From Camelus ferus (Eukaryota): 64,000 nt of DNA. The translations under genes and the position numbers were made by a program. Positions within the stretch are counted from its first letter, which is position 1. The number at the start of each line of letters is the position of its first letter. A model generated the notes under the pieces. The model was not told where the DNA came from. It saw only the letters and a list, made by a program, of their open reading frames with translations, and made no database searches. Of the stretch, positions 1-13,606 are shown in pieces. The stretch spans positions 20,522,001 through 20,586,000 of the forward strand of contig NC_045711.1 of NCBI RefSeq assembly GCF_009834535.1. The letters are read 5' to 3'.

Positions 1-680
1 GCCGTTTTCCTCTACCTGTTCCTGTCCTGACTGGGCCTGAGCAGGTTCTACTCTTATAGTCAAAAACACGTAATCTTCAAAGATATTTCCTATATTTTAA
101 ATATTTTTGCCTAAAAAATGGGAAGGTTGAGTTTTTTCCTAAGTGTTTACATGTTTAGGAGGGACGAGCAAAGAGCTCCTTTGTGCCCCCCTCAAATGGT
201 AACTAGAACTCCACCTCCCAGGTCAGGCTGGGGCTGTGCAGAATGAGGGCGGGCACCCTTGGGAGTGGGGCACGGGGTCTCCACTCCCCTTCCCCACCAC
301 CTCCCAGGAATCACAGCTGACAAGACGGTGGGGTCCTGAAACCACCCCAGCTCCTAACCAAGCCCTCTTGGAGGAAGGACACCAGGGGAATACCCGCCCA
401 GCCCTCCCAGAGCAACCCCCAACCGCCACTGCGCCCCTCCCCCACTCCAACACAGGCTGCCCCTGGAGGCGGCCCCTTTCTGCCTTTCTCCCTTCCCCTC
501 TCCCACTGGCAGTGGAGCGACTAACCGACAGACGCAGGTGCTTCGGAGGTGGGGGCGGTGCCAGCAGCCAAGGGGTTAATGGTTTGGGCAGGGGCTGGGC
601 GTGGGACGCAAGGGTCAGATGTTCCTCTGGGATGGGGACCGGCGTGCAGGCTGCTATTCCAGAGCTCTGATCACAGTCAC

Positions 681-690
681 CTATTTATAG
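681..690 (+). promoter_or_regulatory. Perfect MEF2 site CTATTTATAG, also a TATA-like box (TATTTATA), 170 bp upstream of the MYADML2 ATG
   Basis: Exact match to YTA(A/T)4TAR. E-box CAGGTG at 536-541 upstream. Function is inferred. Confidence 0.55.
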
Positions 691-858
691 CGCTGGGGGG
701 CCCTCCCCACACAGGCGGCAGAGGCGGCTCTGCTGCAATGTCACCCCGCGTCACCGCCACTGCGGGCTGCCGGCACCTGCCGCTGCCGCAGGAGACACAG
801 GGAAGAGACCCCGGGGCCACCAGGCGCTGTGTGGGGCGGCGGGGACGAGGCCGTCCAC

Positions 859-1782
859 ATGGGCAGCACCATGGAGCCCCCCGGGGGCGGCTACCTGCAC
901 CTGGGCGCTGTGACGTCCCCGGTGGGCACTGCCCGCGCGCTGCAGCTGGCCTTCGGCTGCACCACCTTCAGCCTAGTGGCCCACCAGGGCGGCTTCGCGG
1001 GCGTCCAGGGCACCTTCTGTATGGCCGCCTGGGGCTTCTGCTTCGCACTCTCGGTCCTGGTGGTGGCCTGTGAGCTCACCCGGCTGCACAGCTGCCTGCG
1101 CCTGTCCTGGGGAAACTTCACGGCAGCCTTCGCCATGCTGGCCACGCTGCTGTCTGCCACGGCCGCCGTCATCTACCCGCTCTACTTTACGCGGCTGGAG
1201 TGCCCACCCGAGCCCGAGGGCTGCACCGCCAGGGACTTCCGCCTGGCAGCCAGCGTCTTCGCGGGGCTCCTCTTCTTGGCTTACGCCACAGAGGTGGCCC
1301 TGACCCGAGCCCGGCCAGGCCAGGTGGCCAGCTACATGGCCACCGTGTCGGGGCTCCTCAAGATCGTCCAGGCCTTCGTAGCCTGCATCATATTCGGCGC
1401 ACTGGTCCACGACAGCCGCTACGGGCGCTACATGGCCACCCAGTGGTGTGTGGCCGTCTACAGCCTGTGCTTCCTGGCCACGGTGGCCGTGGTGGCCCTC
1501 AGCGTGATGGGACACACAGGGAACCTGGGCTGCCCCTTCGACCGCGTGGTGGTGATGTACACTTTCCTGGCCGTGCTCCTCTACCTCAGCGCTGCGGTCA
1601 TCTGGCCTGTCTTCTGTTTCGACCCCAAGTACGGGGAGCCCAGGAGGCCCCCCGACTGCCCGACGGGCAGCTGTCCCTGGGACAGCCAGCTGGTGGTGGC
1701 CACCTTCACCTACGTCAACCTGCTCCTCTACGTCGCCGACCTGGCCTACTCCCAGAGGATCCGCTTTGTGCCCACCTTGTAG
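859..1782 (+). CDS. MYADML2: Myeloid-associated differentiation marker-like protein 2 (two MARVEL domains), single coding exon, 307 aa
   Basis: ATG at 859 (MGSTMEPPGG...), TAG at 1780-1782. Eight hydrophobic segments. Sequence and 307-aa length match MYADML2 as I recall it. The ORF track starts at an upstream GTG (829). Confidence 0.96.
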   Translation: MGSTMEPPGGGYLHLGAVTSPVGTARALQLAFGCTTFSLVAHQGGFAGVQGTFCMAAWGFCFALSVLVVACELTRLHSCLRLSWGNFTAAFAMLATLLSATAAVIYPLYFTRLECPPEPEGCTARDFRLAASVFAGLLFLAYATEVALTRARPGQVASYMATVSGLLKIVQAFVACIIFGALVHDSRYGRYMATQWCVAVYSLCFLATVAVVALSVMGHTGNLGCPFDRVVVMYTFLAVLLYLSAAVIWPVFCFDPKYGEPRRPPDCPTGSCPWDSQLVVATFTYVNLLLYVADLAYSQRIRFVPTL

Positions 1783-2787
1783 CTGGACAGGCAGCGACCC
1801 ACCCACCTCTGCTTTCAGAGGTCACGAAGGGACCCAGGTGAACCCAGACCCCCAAGGATGAGCAGAGGGAGGTAGCCAGGAGAGCCGGGCCTGGAATTCT
1901 GGTGGCCCCAGCAGCTGCGCTCGGGGTGGGGCGGAGGGGGCCAAAGCGGCAGGAGAGGCTTCTGCCAGGCGGCTCCCACCCCTCTCCCCACTCCCTCTCT
2001 GTCTCTGTCGCTCTCCCTTTGCTGGCACTCCCTGTCTTAGTGCTGGGCAGTGCAACACATGAAAAGCCTTTGAAGCAGCTGCTGTTATGACCCGCTTTGC
2101 AGATGGGGACCCCGAGGCTGGGATTAAGGAGTCCGCCCTAACTGTCCACCAGGGTCTGGAGCCCACGTTCGGGCTGAGTGACCTAAGCAGAGTTGAAAAG
2201 GGGACAGTTCCCAGAGGTGTGGGAAGGAGTTGGAAGGGAGCCCAGGAGGGGGCCAGAGCTGGGCCAGCGCAGGGGCGTGGGGCAGTGCCCGGAACCCTGG
2301 AAGGACAGCTGCCCAAAGAGGGCCCTACTGGGGCATCCGGGCCGGCCCCAGGAGAAGGAGCTGGGAATCAGGACTCATGGCTCGCCAGCCTCCTCCTCAT
2401 CACAGTCTCTTGAAGCCAAGCAAGGATGCTGGAGCCGACGCCCGGGGCTTCCCGTCGTCTACCCACCCCCCATGCAGCAGCTTCTGCAGTGCCCACCGTG
2501 AGTCCCGAGGGACTGGCCTGGGGCAGCCCTGACCCAGAGGAGGGCCAACCTGGGGCAGCCACTGGGACACAGAGTCTGGGCACCAGACACCTCACTGGCG
2601 CTCACAGGCCCACGACCTCCACTCAAATGTTCATTTGCCTGACCACTGACAGCCAGAGCCCGCTGGGGCCCTTGTCCCCCACACTGCAGCCAGCTTCTCC
2701 CACTCAAAGGCCCAGACTGGGCCAGCCCACCGGCCAACCAAGCACAGCAGTCACTTGACCCCGTTTGGCCCACAGCCTTGAGCAGGA

Positions 2788-2793
2788 AATAAA
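2788..2793 (+). terminator. Probable MYADML2 polyadenylation signal AATAAA (alternatives at 4056-4061 and 4558-4563)
   Basis: First AATAAA about 1 kb after the stop codon. Confidence 0.55.
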
Positions 2794-4749
2794 CACCAAT
2801 GCTGACTTGCGCTGAGCAGTTTCTGCTGAGGAGGCGGTGGCCAGAGGGCGCGGGGGCCACCTGCAGCTCCTGGGCCATCCCTCAGCGTGCTGCCAGAGAA
2901 GGGCCTAGACTGAGCCTGGCTGAGGAAGGAGGCAGCTGTCAGGGGCCAGGGTCCTCTGGCGGTGAGGGGCAGCCTCCCAAGGAAGGGGCTCAGCAGTGTC
3001 CTCTGGGTGGGGAGCAAGGGGAGGAGGAGGGGGAAGGAACCCTAGGCACTCACCAGCCCCACATGCCCTCCCCTGCCCCTTGGGCTTTCCTGCCTCCTGG
3101 CAGCAGAGCCCCAGCAGCTTACAGGCACAGGGTCCCAGGGCTCCCTGTGCTGGTGCTGTGCCCAGCAAGAGAGAAACTGCCCACCTGCCCACTGGGGAGG
3201 GCACACGCACAGGGTCCTTTAACCTGGAGAGGCGGGTGTCTTGAGTTTAGCAGCAGATCCCGGAGGTGTGGAGCTGCTGTGTTTGGAGGTGTCCTGAGGA
3301 CCCTGCCTGACATCGGGGTGGGGGTGCGTTATCAGGTGACCAAGCAGTTTCTGGGTCACACCCTACCCAGACCATGGGGAGGCTGGGATGGTTTTCCTTC
3401 CTTGTCTAACCAAATTTCTGAAATGAGCTATCTGTCACCAACTCCCCAATTTCCTCACTGTCCTGTGGACTTCTGCTCTCACAGCTCCACCCACCCTAAG
3501 CTTCAAAGAACCTGGTGGGGGGAGATGGAGGAGGGGAGTGGTTCCAGTCTCATGATAGGCACGGCATATGTCCTCTGTCCTCTGGGAGGCTGGCCTGGGG
3601 ATCGTCCTGATGATGCCCGCTCCCTGGACCAGGGACTCTCACTTCCTGGGGGAGGGGCTTATCTGCTCTTGTCACTTGAGAAACAACACTTTTTAAAGGA
3701 GGGGCTCTGTTCTTTGATGGCAAACAGCTGGGTGAGAAGTGGTGGGAACCCCGCCCAGGTTTGTGTCTCTGGGTCTGAGTCTGGGCCACTCCTCGAGCAG
3801 TCCATCCCAGACAGGAACTTACTGCAGCTCTCCCCTGCACCTGCACACAAGGGTGAGGACTGAACACCAGGACAGACAAACATCTGCGGAGACCTGGAAA
3901 TCGGCCATGTACACATGCTCACTACACAGTGGTCTGGTGCTCCTGGCTATTGTGTCAAGGAGAACTCACAGCCCTGCTTCTGGGGCACAAACGTCCAAGC
4001 AATGCTGAAATTACTTTAGAACAGCCTGTCATCACTTAAGATAGAGAACAGAGAGAATAAAGCTGCTCTCTCTCTCCCTGGTGGGGGACGGGTTGTCAGT
4101 GATGATTGCTCTTAACCCTGCTGCTGACTGGGACCCCAGACTATCCTGAAGCCCAGACAGACTCAACACATATGAACCCTGCACACATCCTCAGGGAGAC
4201 AGGACTGGAGCCCTGTTCTCCCAAAAACCCAGGGCCAAAAAAGTTCCACAGATGCTGCAGACAAGATGTCAAGAGACACGGGGTGCTCGGTGCGAACTGG
4301 GGACAACAGGATCATCTTCCTGTCTGCTAGCTGACACCACCCACCCCGAGCTTGAGGAGGTCCACGTGGTAACAGGCCTGTGGTCCCCCATGTCAGGCAG
4401 CTTCCAAAGGGCCCCTGAGCCTTAGAAGAGACTTGCAGAAGAGAGACTCCAGGCGGGAAGGAGTCCAGCTCACAGGGGGTGACCTAGACTTCCCAGGTGC
4501 CTCCCGGTTCTGAGATCCCGAGAAGGCATGAGATACCGTTTCGGAGCCTCCTGGAACAATAAAAAAAAACTTAAGTGACAAAATATAGTATCAAAACAGT
4601 GATACACTGCAAATTTTTTTTGTAAATTGTTTTCAATTCTCTCCTCTCAAAAAAGCAAGAAAGCAAACAAAACAGCAAAAAAAAAAAAAAAAAAAGCAAT
4701 ACAAGAAAGAAGAGAAAGAAAAAATGCTACACAGTTGGGCTCCTCCAAA

Positions 4750-5720
4750 CGCGACGATCAAGTCAGTAACAGTAAGCCTGGGCCACGTGGTCAGGGACGC
4801 AGCCTGACCTGTCGGTGTCCGTGGCCAACGACAGGGTCCCGTGTGGGGAGCCCCCGCCCAGGGCCGCTCTTTGAGGGCCGGGCTCCCGCCGCCCCTCCCC
4901 CGGCGCTCTCAGTTCCCAGGAGCGGTCCTGGGTCCCCAAGGAGGGGCCCAAGGGGAGGGGGGATTCGGAGGCCGAGGTCCAGAGGGAGGAGGTCCGGTGG
5001 ACCAGGGTCCGCGGCCGCGGATCCAGGGGCGTAGGTCCCGAGGAGCGGGGGTCCGCGGGACGTTCCGAAGGGGCGCGGATTCGGGGGCATGGATGCCGGC
5101 GGGACTGGGTCTGGGGGCCAGAGTCCGAAGAACGCGGGATCGGGAGCGCCGGGGAGACAGGGCCCCACGGGAGGGGGCGGGGGCGAGCAGATGATGCAAT
5201 GGCTCCTCGGCACCGCCCGCGGCCTCGGATTGGTCGGCGCCAAGGCGACCGCGCCTCGGACTGGCTGGGGCGCCGAGGGCGGGGCCGCTGGGCGCGGGTG
5301 CCGCGTGGCGGGCGCAGTGCTTCGGAGAGGGGGCGACCCGTGCGGGGTAACTGGGTAACTCGGAGCCAGACTCCGGTCCGGCTCCGGCGGGCGGTGGTTC
5401 CGCTAGGCAGAGGGAGATGCGCGCCTGCGCCCTCGGCTCCGGCGTGGAGAGAGCTCTACCGGGGCTCTCAGACCTGGACAGGGTCCTTGGGCGTGGGGAG
5501 GCCGACTAGGGCTTGGGAGCGCCCGGGCGCCGATCGGTCCCCCTGCCCACGGCCAATTCCTGTCCCCTTACGGAGGCGAGCGCGCCCCTTCCTGCCCCTT
5601 GTCTGGGACCCTCGGGAGCAGGTCGGGAGGCTATGGTGGGTGGGAGCATCGGAGCAGGGGAGAATTAGACCGGCTAGGATGGGGGCGGTGGAGTGGCTAG
5701 GAGGCCGGGCACTGCCCGCC
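4750..5720 (+). promoter_or_regulatory. PYCR1 CpG-island promoter: E-box CCACGTGG (4783-4790), ATF4/CEBP element TGATGCAAT (5192-5200), inverted CCAAT (ATTGG ~5229-5233), GC boxes
   Basis: High CpG density and motifs read directly from the sequence, upstream of the first coding exon (acceptor at 5770). Confidence 0.75.
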
Positions 5721-5815
5721 TAACTTCCTGCGCTGGATTCTGCCCCATTGTCCCGCATCTGCTCCTGCAGAGCCGGTGCCAGCTGTGAGGGCGTGGGCGC
5801 AAGCCTCCGGACACC

Positions 5816-9171
<3,356 letters not shown>

Positions 9172-9769
9172 GGTGCCCAACGTGCCTTCTCCTCCTGGGC
9201 TCAGAGCTCCTCGCTGGGTGTCTAGCTCCGGGCTGCACAGGGTATCCTCATCATGGCCCACTGCCCACGGCTCTGGTCCACTCGCTTCAGTGGGGCTGGA
9301 GCCAGGGAGTGGGCATGTCACTTCCCAGTGGGAACCTCCACAGTCCCTGACTGTCCTGGTCCAGAACAGGGAAGGATTCTCTCAGCTCAGTGCCCTCTTC
9401 CTCTACCCCCAAACCAAGTCACTTTCCTCCAGAGCTCAGGAGGCCTGGGGGTCTCCACCCGCCGCGGTCAGCTGGCTTGACCTTGAGCACAAAAGGTCAA
9501 GGTCCCCCCTCCACTCACCCCCCAACCATGAAGGCCCAGCCAAGGAGGGAACCCACTCCTGACCTCTCTCCACCCTCCAGTCACAACTCCTTCCTCAGTG
9601 TGGGAAGAACCCAAGGGTCCCTGGCATCCAGCAGGAGGGACTCTGGTTCTTGGCCAGCTGGACATTTGAGAAAAGGGCTCTCAGATGGTTCAACTTCCGA
9701 GGCCATCAGCACACTCACACCATCATCTTCTGTTCCTGACCCGACCCGCAGACGTCTGACTTTAGGTTA

Positions 9770-9775
9770 AATAAA
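9770..9775 (+). terminator. PYCR1 polyadenylation signal AATAAA
   Basis: AATAAA 600 nt after the stop codon. Confidence 0.7.
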
Positions 9776-10182
9776 TTGATTTCCAGTCCCAGTGCCCTGA
9801 CTTCTAACTCTGTTGCCACATGTGGAGGGAGGCCCCCCCGCCCTGTGCCAGAGGGCTGTCGCTGCCCAGTGTAATGCTGGAGACTGAGCCGACAGCCCAC
9901 AGGCCTGGAGCTCTTCGTCCTGAGGCAGCCATCCTGGCTGGTGGGGCTCAGTTTCCCAGTGAGCAGAGGACGAAGGAGCTTCTGGAAAGGTGCTGCCCCT
10001 TGGGCCGTGGTCACTAGAGGCGTGACTGGAAGTGGGCACTGTAGGCTGGGCTTGGCATACCCCGCTGTGGGAGGGGCCCAGCCACAGCATCTCCTGTGCC
10101 TCCCACTTTGGTGGGGGCAGATGTGTCCCCATCTCACCAAGGCAAGGCCAGGGGCAGGTGAGGAAGGAACACCCTAGGAAGG

Positions 10183-10255
10183 TGTATTAGGGTTCACCAG
10201 AGCAACCACTGGCAGGAGATGGCCCAGTCAGGCTGACATAAAATTAACCATCACA
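10183..10255 (-). mobile_element. Internally deleted MLT2-like (ERVL) LTR remnant retaining both termini
   Basis: Reverse strand reads TGTGATGGTTAATTTTATGT...CTCTGGTGAACCCTAATACA, the two ends of the MLT2 consensus as recalled. Confidence 0.7.
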
Positions 10256-12158
10256 GGAGACCCACAGAGGAGCTGCTGAGGGTCAGAACCCTTTATGGGT
10301 CCAGGATGGCTCACATTTGTTCAATCAACAAACAGTTACTGAGCAGAGACAGTAAAACAAGGCCCCTTGCCTCCAGAGGCTGATACACACACCCCCTACC
10401 TGGGTGAGTATGTCAGAGGAGCGGGGCTGAGTGACTGTAGGGCATTAGGTGGGGGGTACCCAGGTGACGTGTTGGGTCCCTTGAGGGGCAGGGGTGGGGT
10501 TCAGGAGAGCTTCCAGGCAGAAGTTTTCCAGGAACCACACTGCAAGGTCACATCTCCGATTCATTTCCTTCCCCTGGGCCCACTTAGAACCAAAGCGCAG
10601 TGCACGTTGGGTGGGTAGGGGGAGCTCTCTGGGGACAGGGACACAGCCTTGCAAATCTAAGGGAGAAAGGAGACACGGAAAACAAGAAAACACGTAACAG
10701 AGCAAGTGAGAGGCAAGACTGCATCCCTCATCCCAATCAGTCCCCATGTCCCAACTGCCGAAGTCTCTCGTGGGGCCTGGAGTCCCTGCAGGGTCCTCCT
10801 AAGGCATGAGCCCCCAGCACAGGCCCCCACCCTGTGCTGTGAGCTCCCTGGCAGAGACCTGGAGGTGCAGGGAAACCTTGGCACCCTCCCTTTGAGGAAA
10901 AGATTTCCCAGAAGAGATTGTCTCACAGGCCACACATCTGCCCAGGACCAAAGCTGTCCCCTAACTTTCCCCTTCAAGTCGAGGCCAGCCTCACTGTTTG
11001 AGCACCTGCTGCGTGTCAGGTGCTGACCAATAAGACGAGGGGGGCGTGCTGCTGTAACAGGTGCCCAGGGTCCAGGGTCTGGAGGAAGCCAGCAGGTGAC
11101 TGGAGTGAGCGATCACACATCACAGCCTTGCAGGAGGCAAGGGGCCTGGGCGAGCTTTGCAGAGGCTTTGCACCAACCCATGAAGAACACTCCAGATTCA
11201 GCAGGCAGGAATGCAAGCCTTGGTCCCAAACAAAGCAAAGGCCAGGGGTGGGGAAGTGGGCAGAGCCAGACAGGCTATGACTTTAAGTGAGCATCCACCA
11301 TCCCCAGGGCCAGTCACCTGGGCATCAGTGTTTCTGGATGGCACCACCATCCCTGCTCAGGCGGGGTGACACTAAGTGAAGAGACAGGATCCACCATAAC
11401 CCGTGTGGCCCGCCAAAGCCCTGCCACAGGGACTGTGTGCTCACCACCCAAGGACAGCTTGGACCCACATGCCTGCTGAGCAGATCCAGGAGAAGGAGGT
11501 AGTGGCTGGTGGTGAGGATGCTGGAGGAGACAGGGCCTCTTTCTTGGCATCAGGAGTAAGTCTTTGTGGTTTAGTACATGAAGAGTTGAGGGCTTTAGAA
11601 GTCATGGCTCAGGTATATGAAGGCCCCAGAGTCTGTGAGATGCGGGGTACACCCAGTGCAGGGGGACACACCTGGCGCTTAAAGAGCACAGGATGATCGG
11701 ACAACCACATGCAACCCTGCAAAGCAGGTGACAAGGTGCTGTGGGATTCAGAGGGAAGCTACTGGAGTCCAGTAGGGAGAGCTTCTGACCCCGCGATGCC
11801 CCCTGGCTCTGGGGGCCTCCTGGGTTGGCCCTCATCATTCATTCACTGAATTCCCCTGAGGACTCCGCAGCCTGTCCTTCGCTCCTCCTCTTTCAGCTCA
11901 CCTGATCCCACGAGCCTCCCTGGCAGGGTAGGTCACCCTACCTGGTTTTACACCTGGGAAGGGAAGTCCAGAATTTGGAAGTAGAAACGGGATCCCTTCA
12001 AATTGCCTTCCTCTTTTGGCCACCTCTTTCTCTGGGAATTTCAAATAGCGGTGAGAACTCCTTACAGAAAGCGCAGGAGCAGACATAGACTGGTGACCTC
12101 AGTTCCAGGCAGATGTTGATGAAACGGGAAAGGAAAGGTGCAGTTCCTACACCAACTA

Positions 12159-12310
12159 TCATTCAACAAATGTTTACCGCACACCCACTCTGAGCAGGAG
12201 TCGTTCTAGGAGCCGCCTGAGCCCTTGCCACTAGTGTGAGATCTCGGGGCGTTAGGTGAAGGCAGACCACGCTACTCAGAGGACCCTGGAGGTGGTCTTG
12301 AGACCTAAGT
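12159..12310 (-). mobile_element. L2 LINE 3' end fragment (a similar fragment lies at ~10317-10400)
   Basis: TCATTCAACAAATGTTTAC...GTTCTAGG, typical of the L2 3' terminus. Confidence 0.55.
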
Positions 12311-12559
12311 TTGAATCCTGGACAAGCCCTTCACCTCCCGGAGCCTGCGGGTCATCTGTGAGCCAAGCCACTGTTCCCGGCAGGGCTGAGGCCCGCTCCA
12401 CAGTTGAAGAGGCAGTGCGTGCAGAGCCTGCCAGGTGGTATCAGAAACACCATGAGAATCTTCTGCATTATGCGTGGGTACTTCAGGTCCGCACCTGGCC
12501 CCCGCACACGTGGCTTTTAAAGTCTCTACTCACGAGGCTCAGGGAAGCAGCTTAGCGGC

Positions 12560-13560
12560 TCCAGGAGGCCCCGCCCGGAGGGGGCGTGGCCAACGGGGGA
12601 GCGCGCGCCCGTGCTAGTCCCGCGAGACCTCACCCGGCGGGAGCGGCGCGCGTTGCCCAGGCAACGGAGGCCGGGCGCGCAGGCGTANNNNNNNNNNNNN
12701 NNNNNNNNNNNNNNNNNNNNNNNNNNNNNNNNNNNNNNNNNNNNNNNNNNNNNNNNNNNNNNNNNNNNNNNNNNNNNNNNNNNNNNNNNNNNNNNNNNNN
12801 NNNNNNNNNNNNNNNNNNNNNNNNNNNNNNNNNNNNNNNNNNNNNNNNNNNNNNNNNNNNNNNNNNNNNTGGTCCGGCCCGGCCTTCCCAGCGCGCTCGG
12901 CCCGGCCCGCTTAGGCGGCGAGCCCCCACCCAGGGCCCGGAGCTCCCGCGCGGCCCAGCCCCGCGCGGCCTCGGAGTGCCCGCCTCGCCCCGCCCCGGCC
13001 TCGGCCCGCCGGGCCCGCAGTGTGGTGGGTGAGTGCGGCGGCCGCCCGGGCCGGGGCGGGGGCGGGGGCGGGGGCCGGGCTGGGGTCGGCCAGGGGCGCC
13101 TGAGGGCTCCGAGTCGGGGGCAGAGGCCAGCGGAGCCGCGGCTCCTCCTGGCCACCTGGGTCCGCGCGGGCTGGGCGCTCCGGGCTTCGGGTCTGCCCCG
13201 CGCCGTGCTGGCGGCCCGTGCCTCGATTTCCCCACTGGTCAGGAGCGGCTCCTGGCTCCTGCGCCCGGGGTGCTGGGGTGGGCGCGGGGGTCCGCGGGGG
13301 GCGGCGCGGGGCTGCGTGGGGCTGGCTCCGTGGAGCCCGGGCGTCCTGGAGGGAGGGGCGGTGGGGGTGGCGGGAGGAAAGGGTGGGGTCGAGCGGGGCA
13401 CCCAGGGCTCCACCGAAGAACACGTCGGCCCCGGCCTGAGCTGCTGATTCATCAGGTGTCTATGTCAACGCCTCCCCGGCGCGGGGGTCCTCGGCGGGCT
13501 GGGGGAGGAGGCGGCACGTGAGGGGGCTGGGAAGACCCTGCTCGCGCCGGCTTCGCTCCG
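12560..13560 (+). promoter_or_regulatory. MAFG CpG-island promoter and non-coding first exon (donor GG|GTGAGT at 13029). RFX X-box GTTGCCCAGGCAAC at 12652-12665
   Basis: Very high CpG density, GC boxes and a strong donor. Partly hidden by the N gap. Confidence 0.75.
12688..12869. other. Sequence gap (182 N) in the MAFG promoter
   Basis: N run. Confidence 1.
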
Positions 13561-13590
13561 TCACACGCTGCCAGAGCCCAGAGGGAGACT

Positions 13591-13606
13591 TGCTGAGTCA
13601 TCAGCA
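13591..13606 (+). promoter_or_regulatory. NF-E2/ARE site TGCTGAGTCAT within palindromic arms TGCTGA-GTCA-TCAGCA (MAFG intron 1). Second ARE-like TGCTGATTCAT at 13442-13452
   Basis: Exact match to the CNC-sMaf consensus TGCTGA(G/C)TCAY. Confidence 0.65.

Noticed and set aside
2799-3863. 354-aa ATG-initiated ORF downstream of MYADML2
   Set aside because: Low-complexity G/P/S/L-rich translation with no recognisable domain. It starts 6 nt after a poly(A) signal. Long ORFs are expected by chance at this GC content.
4627-4730. Lys-rich ORF start and A-rich tract upstream of PYCR1
   Set aside because: Simple A-rich low-complexity sequence, possibly a decayed retroposon tail. No element body was recognised.
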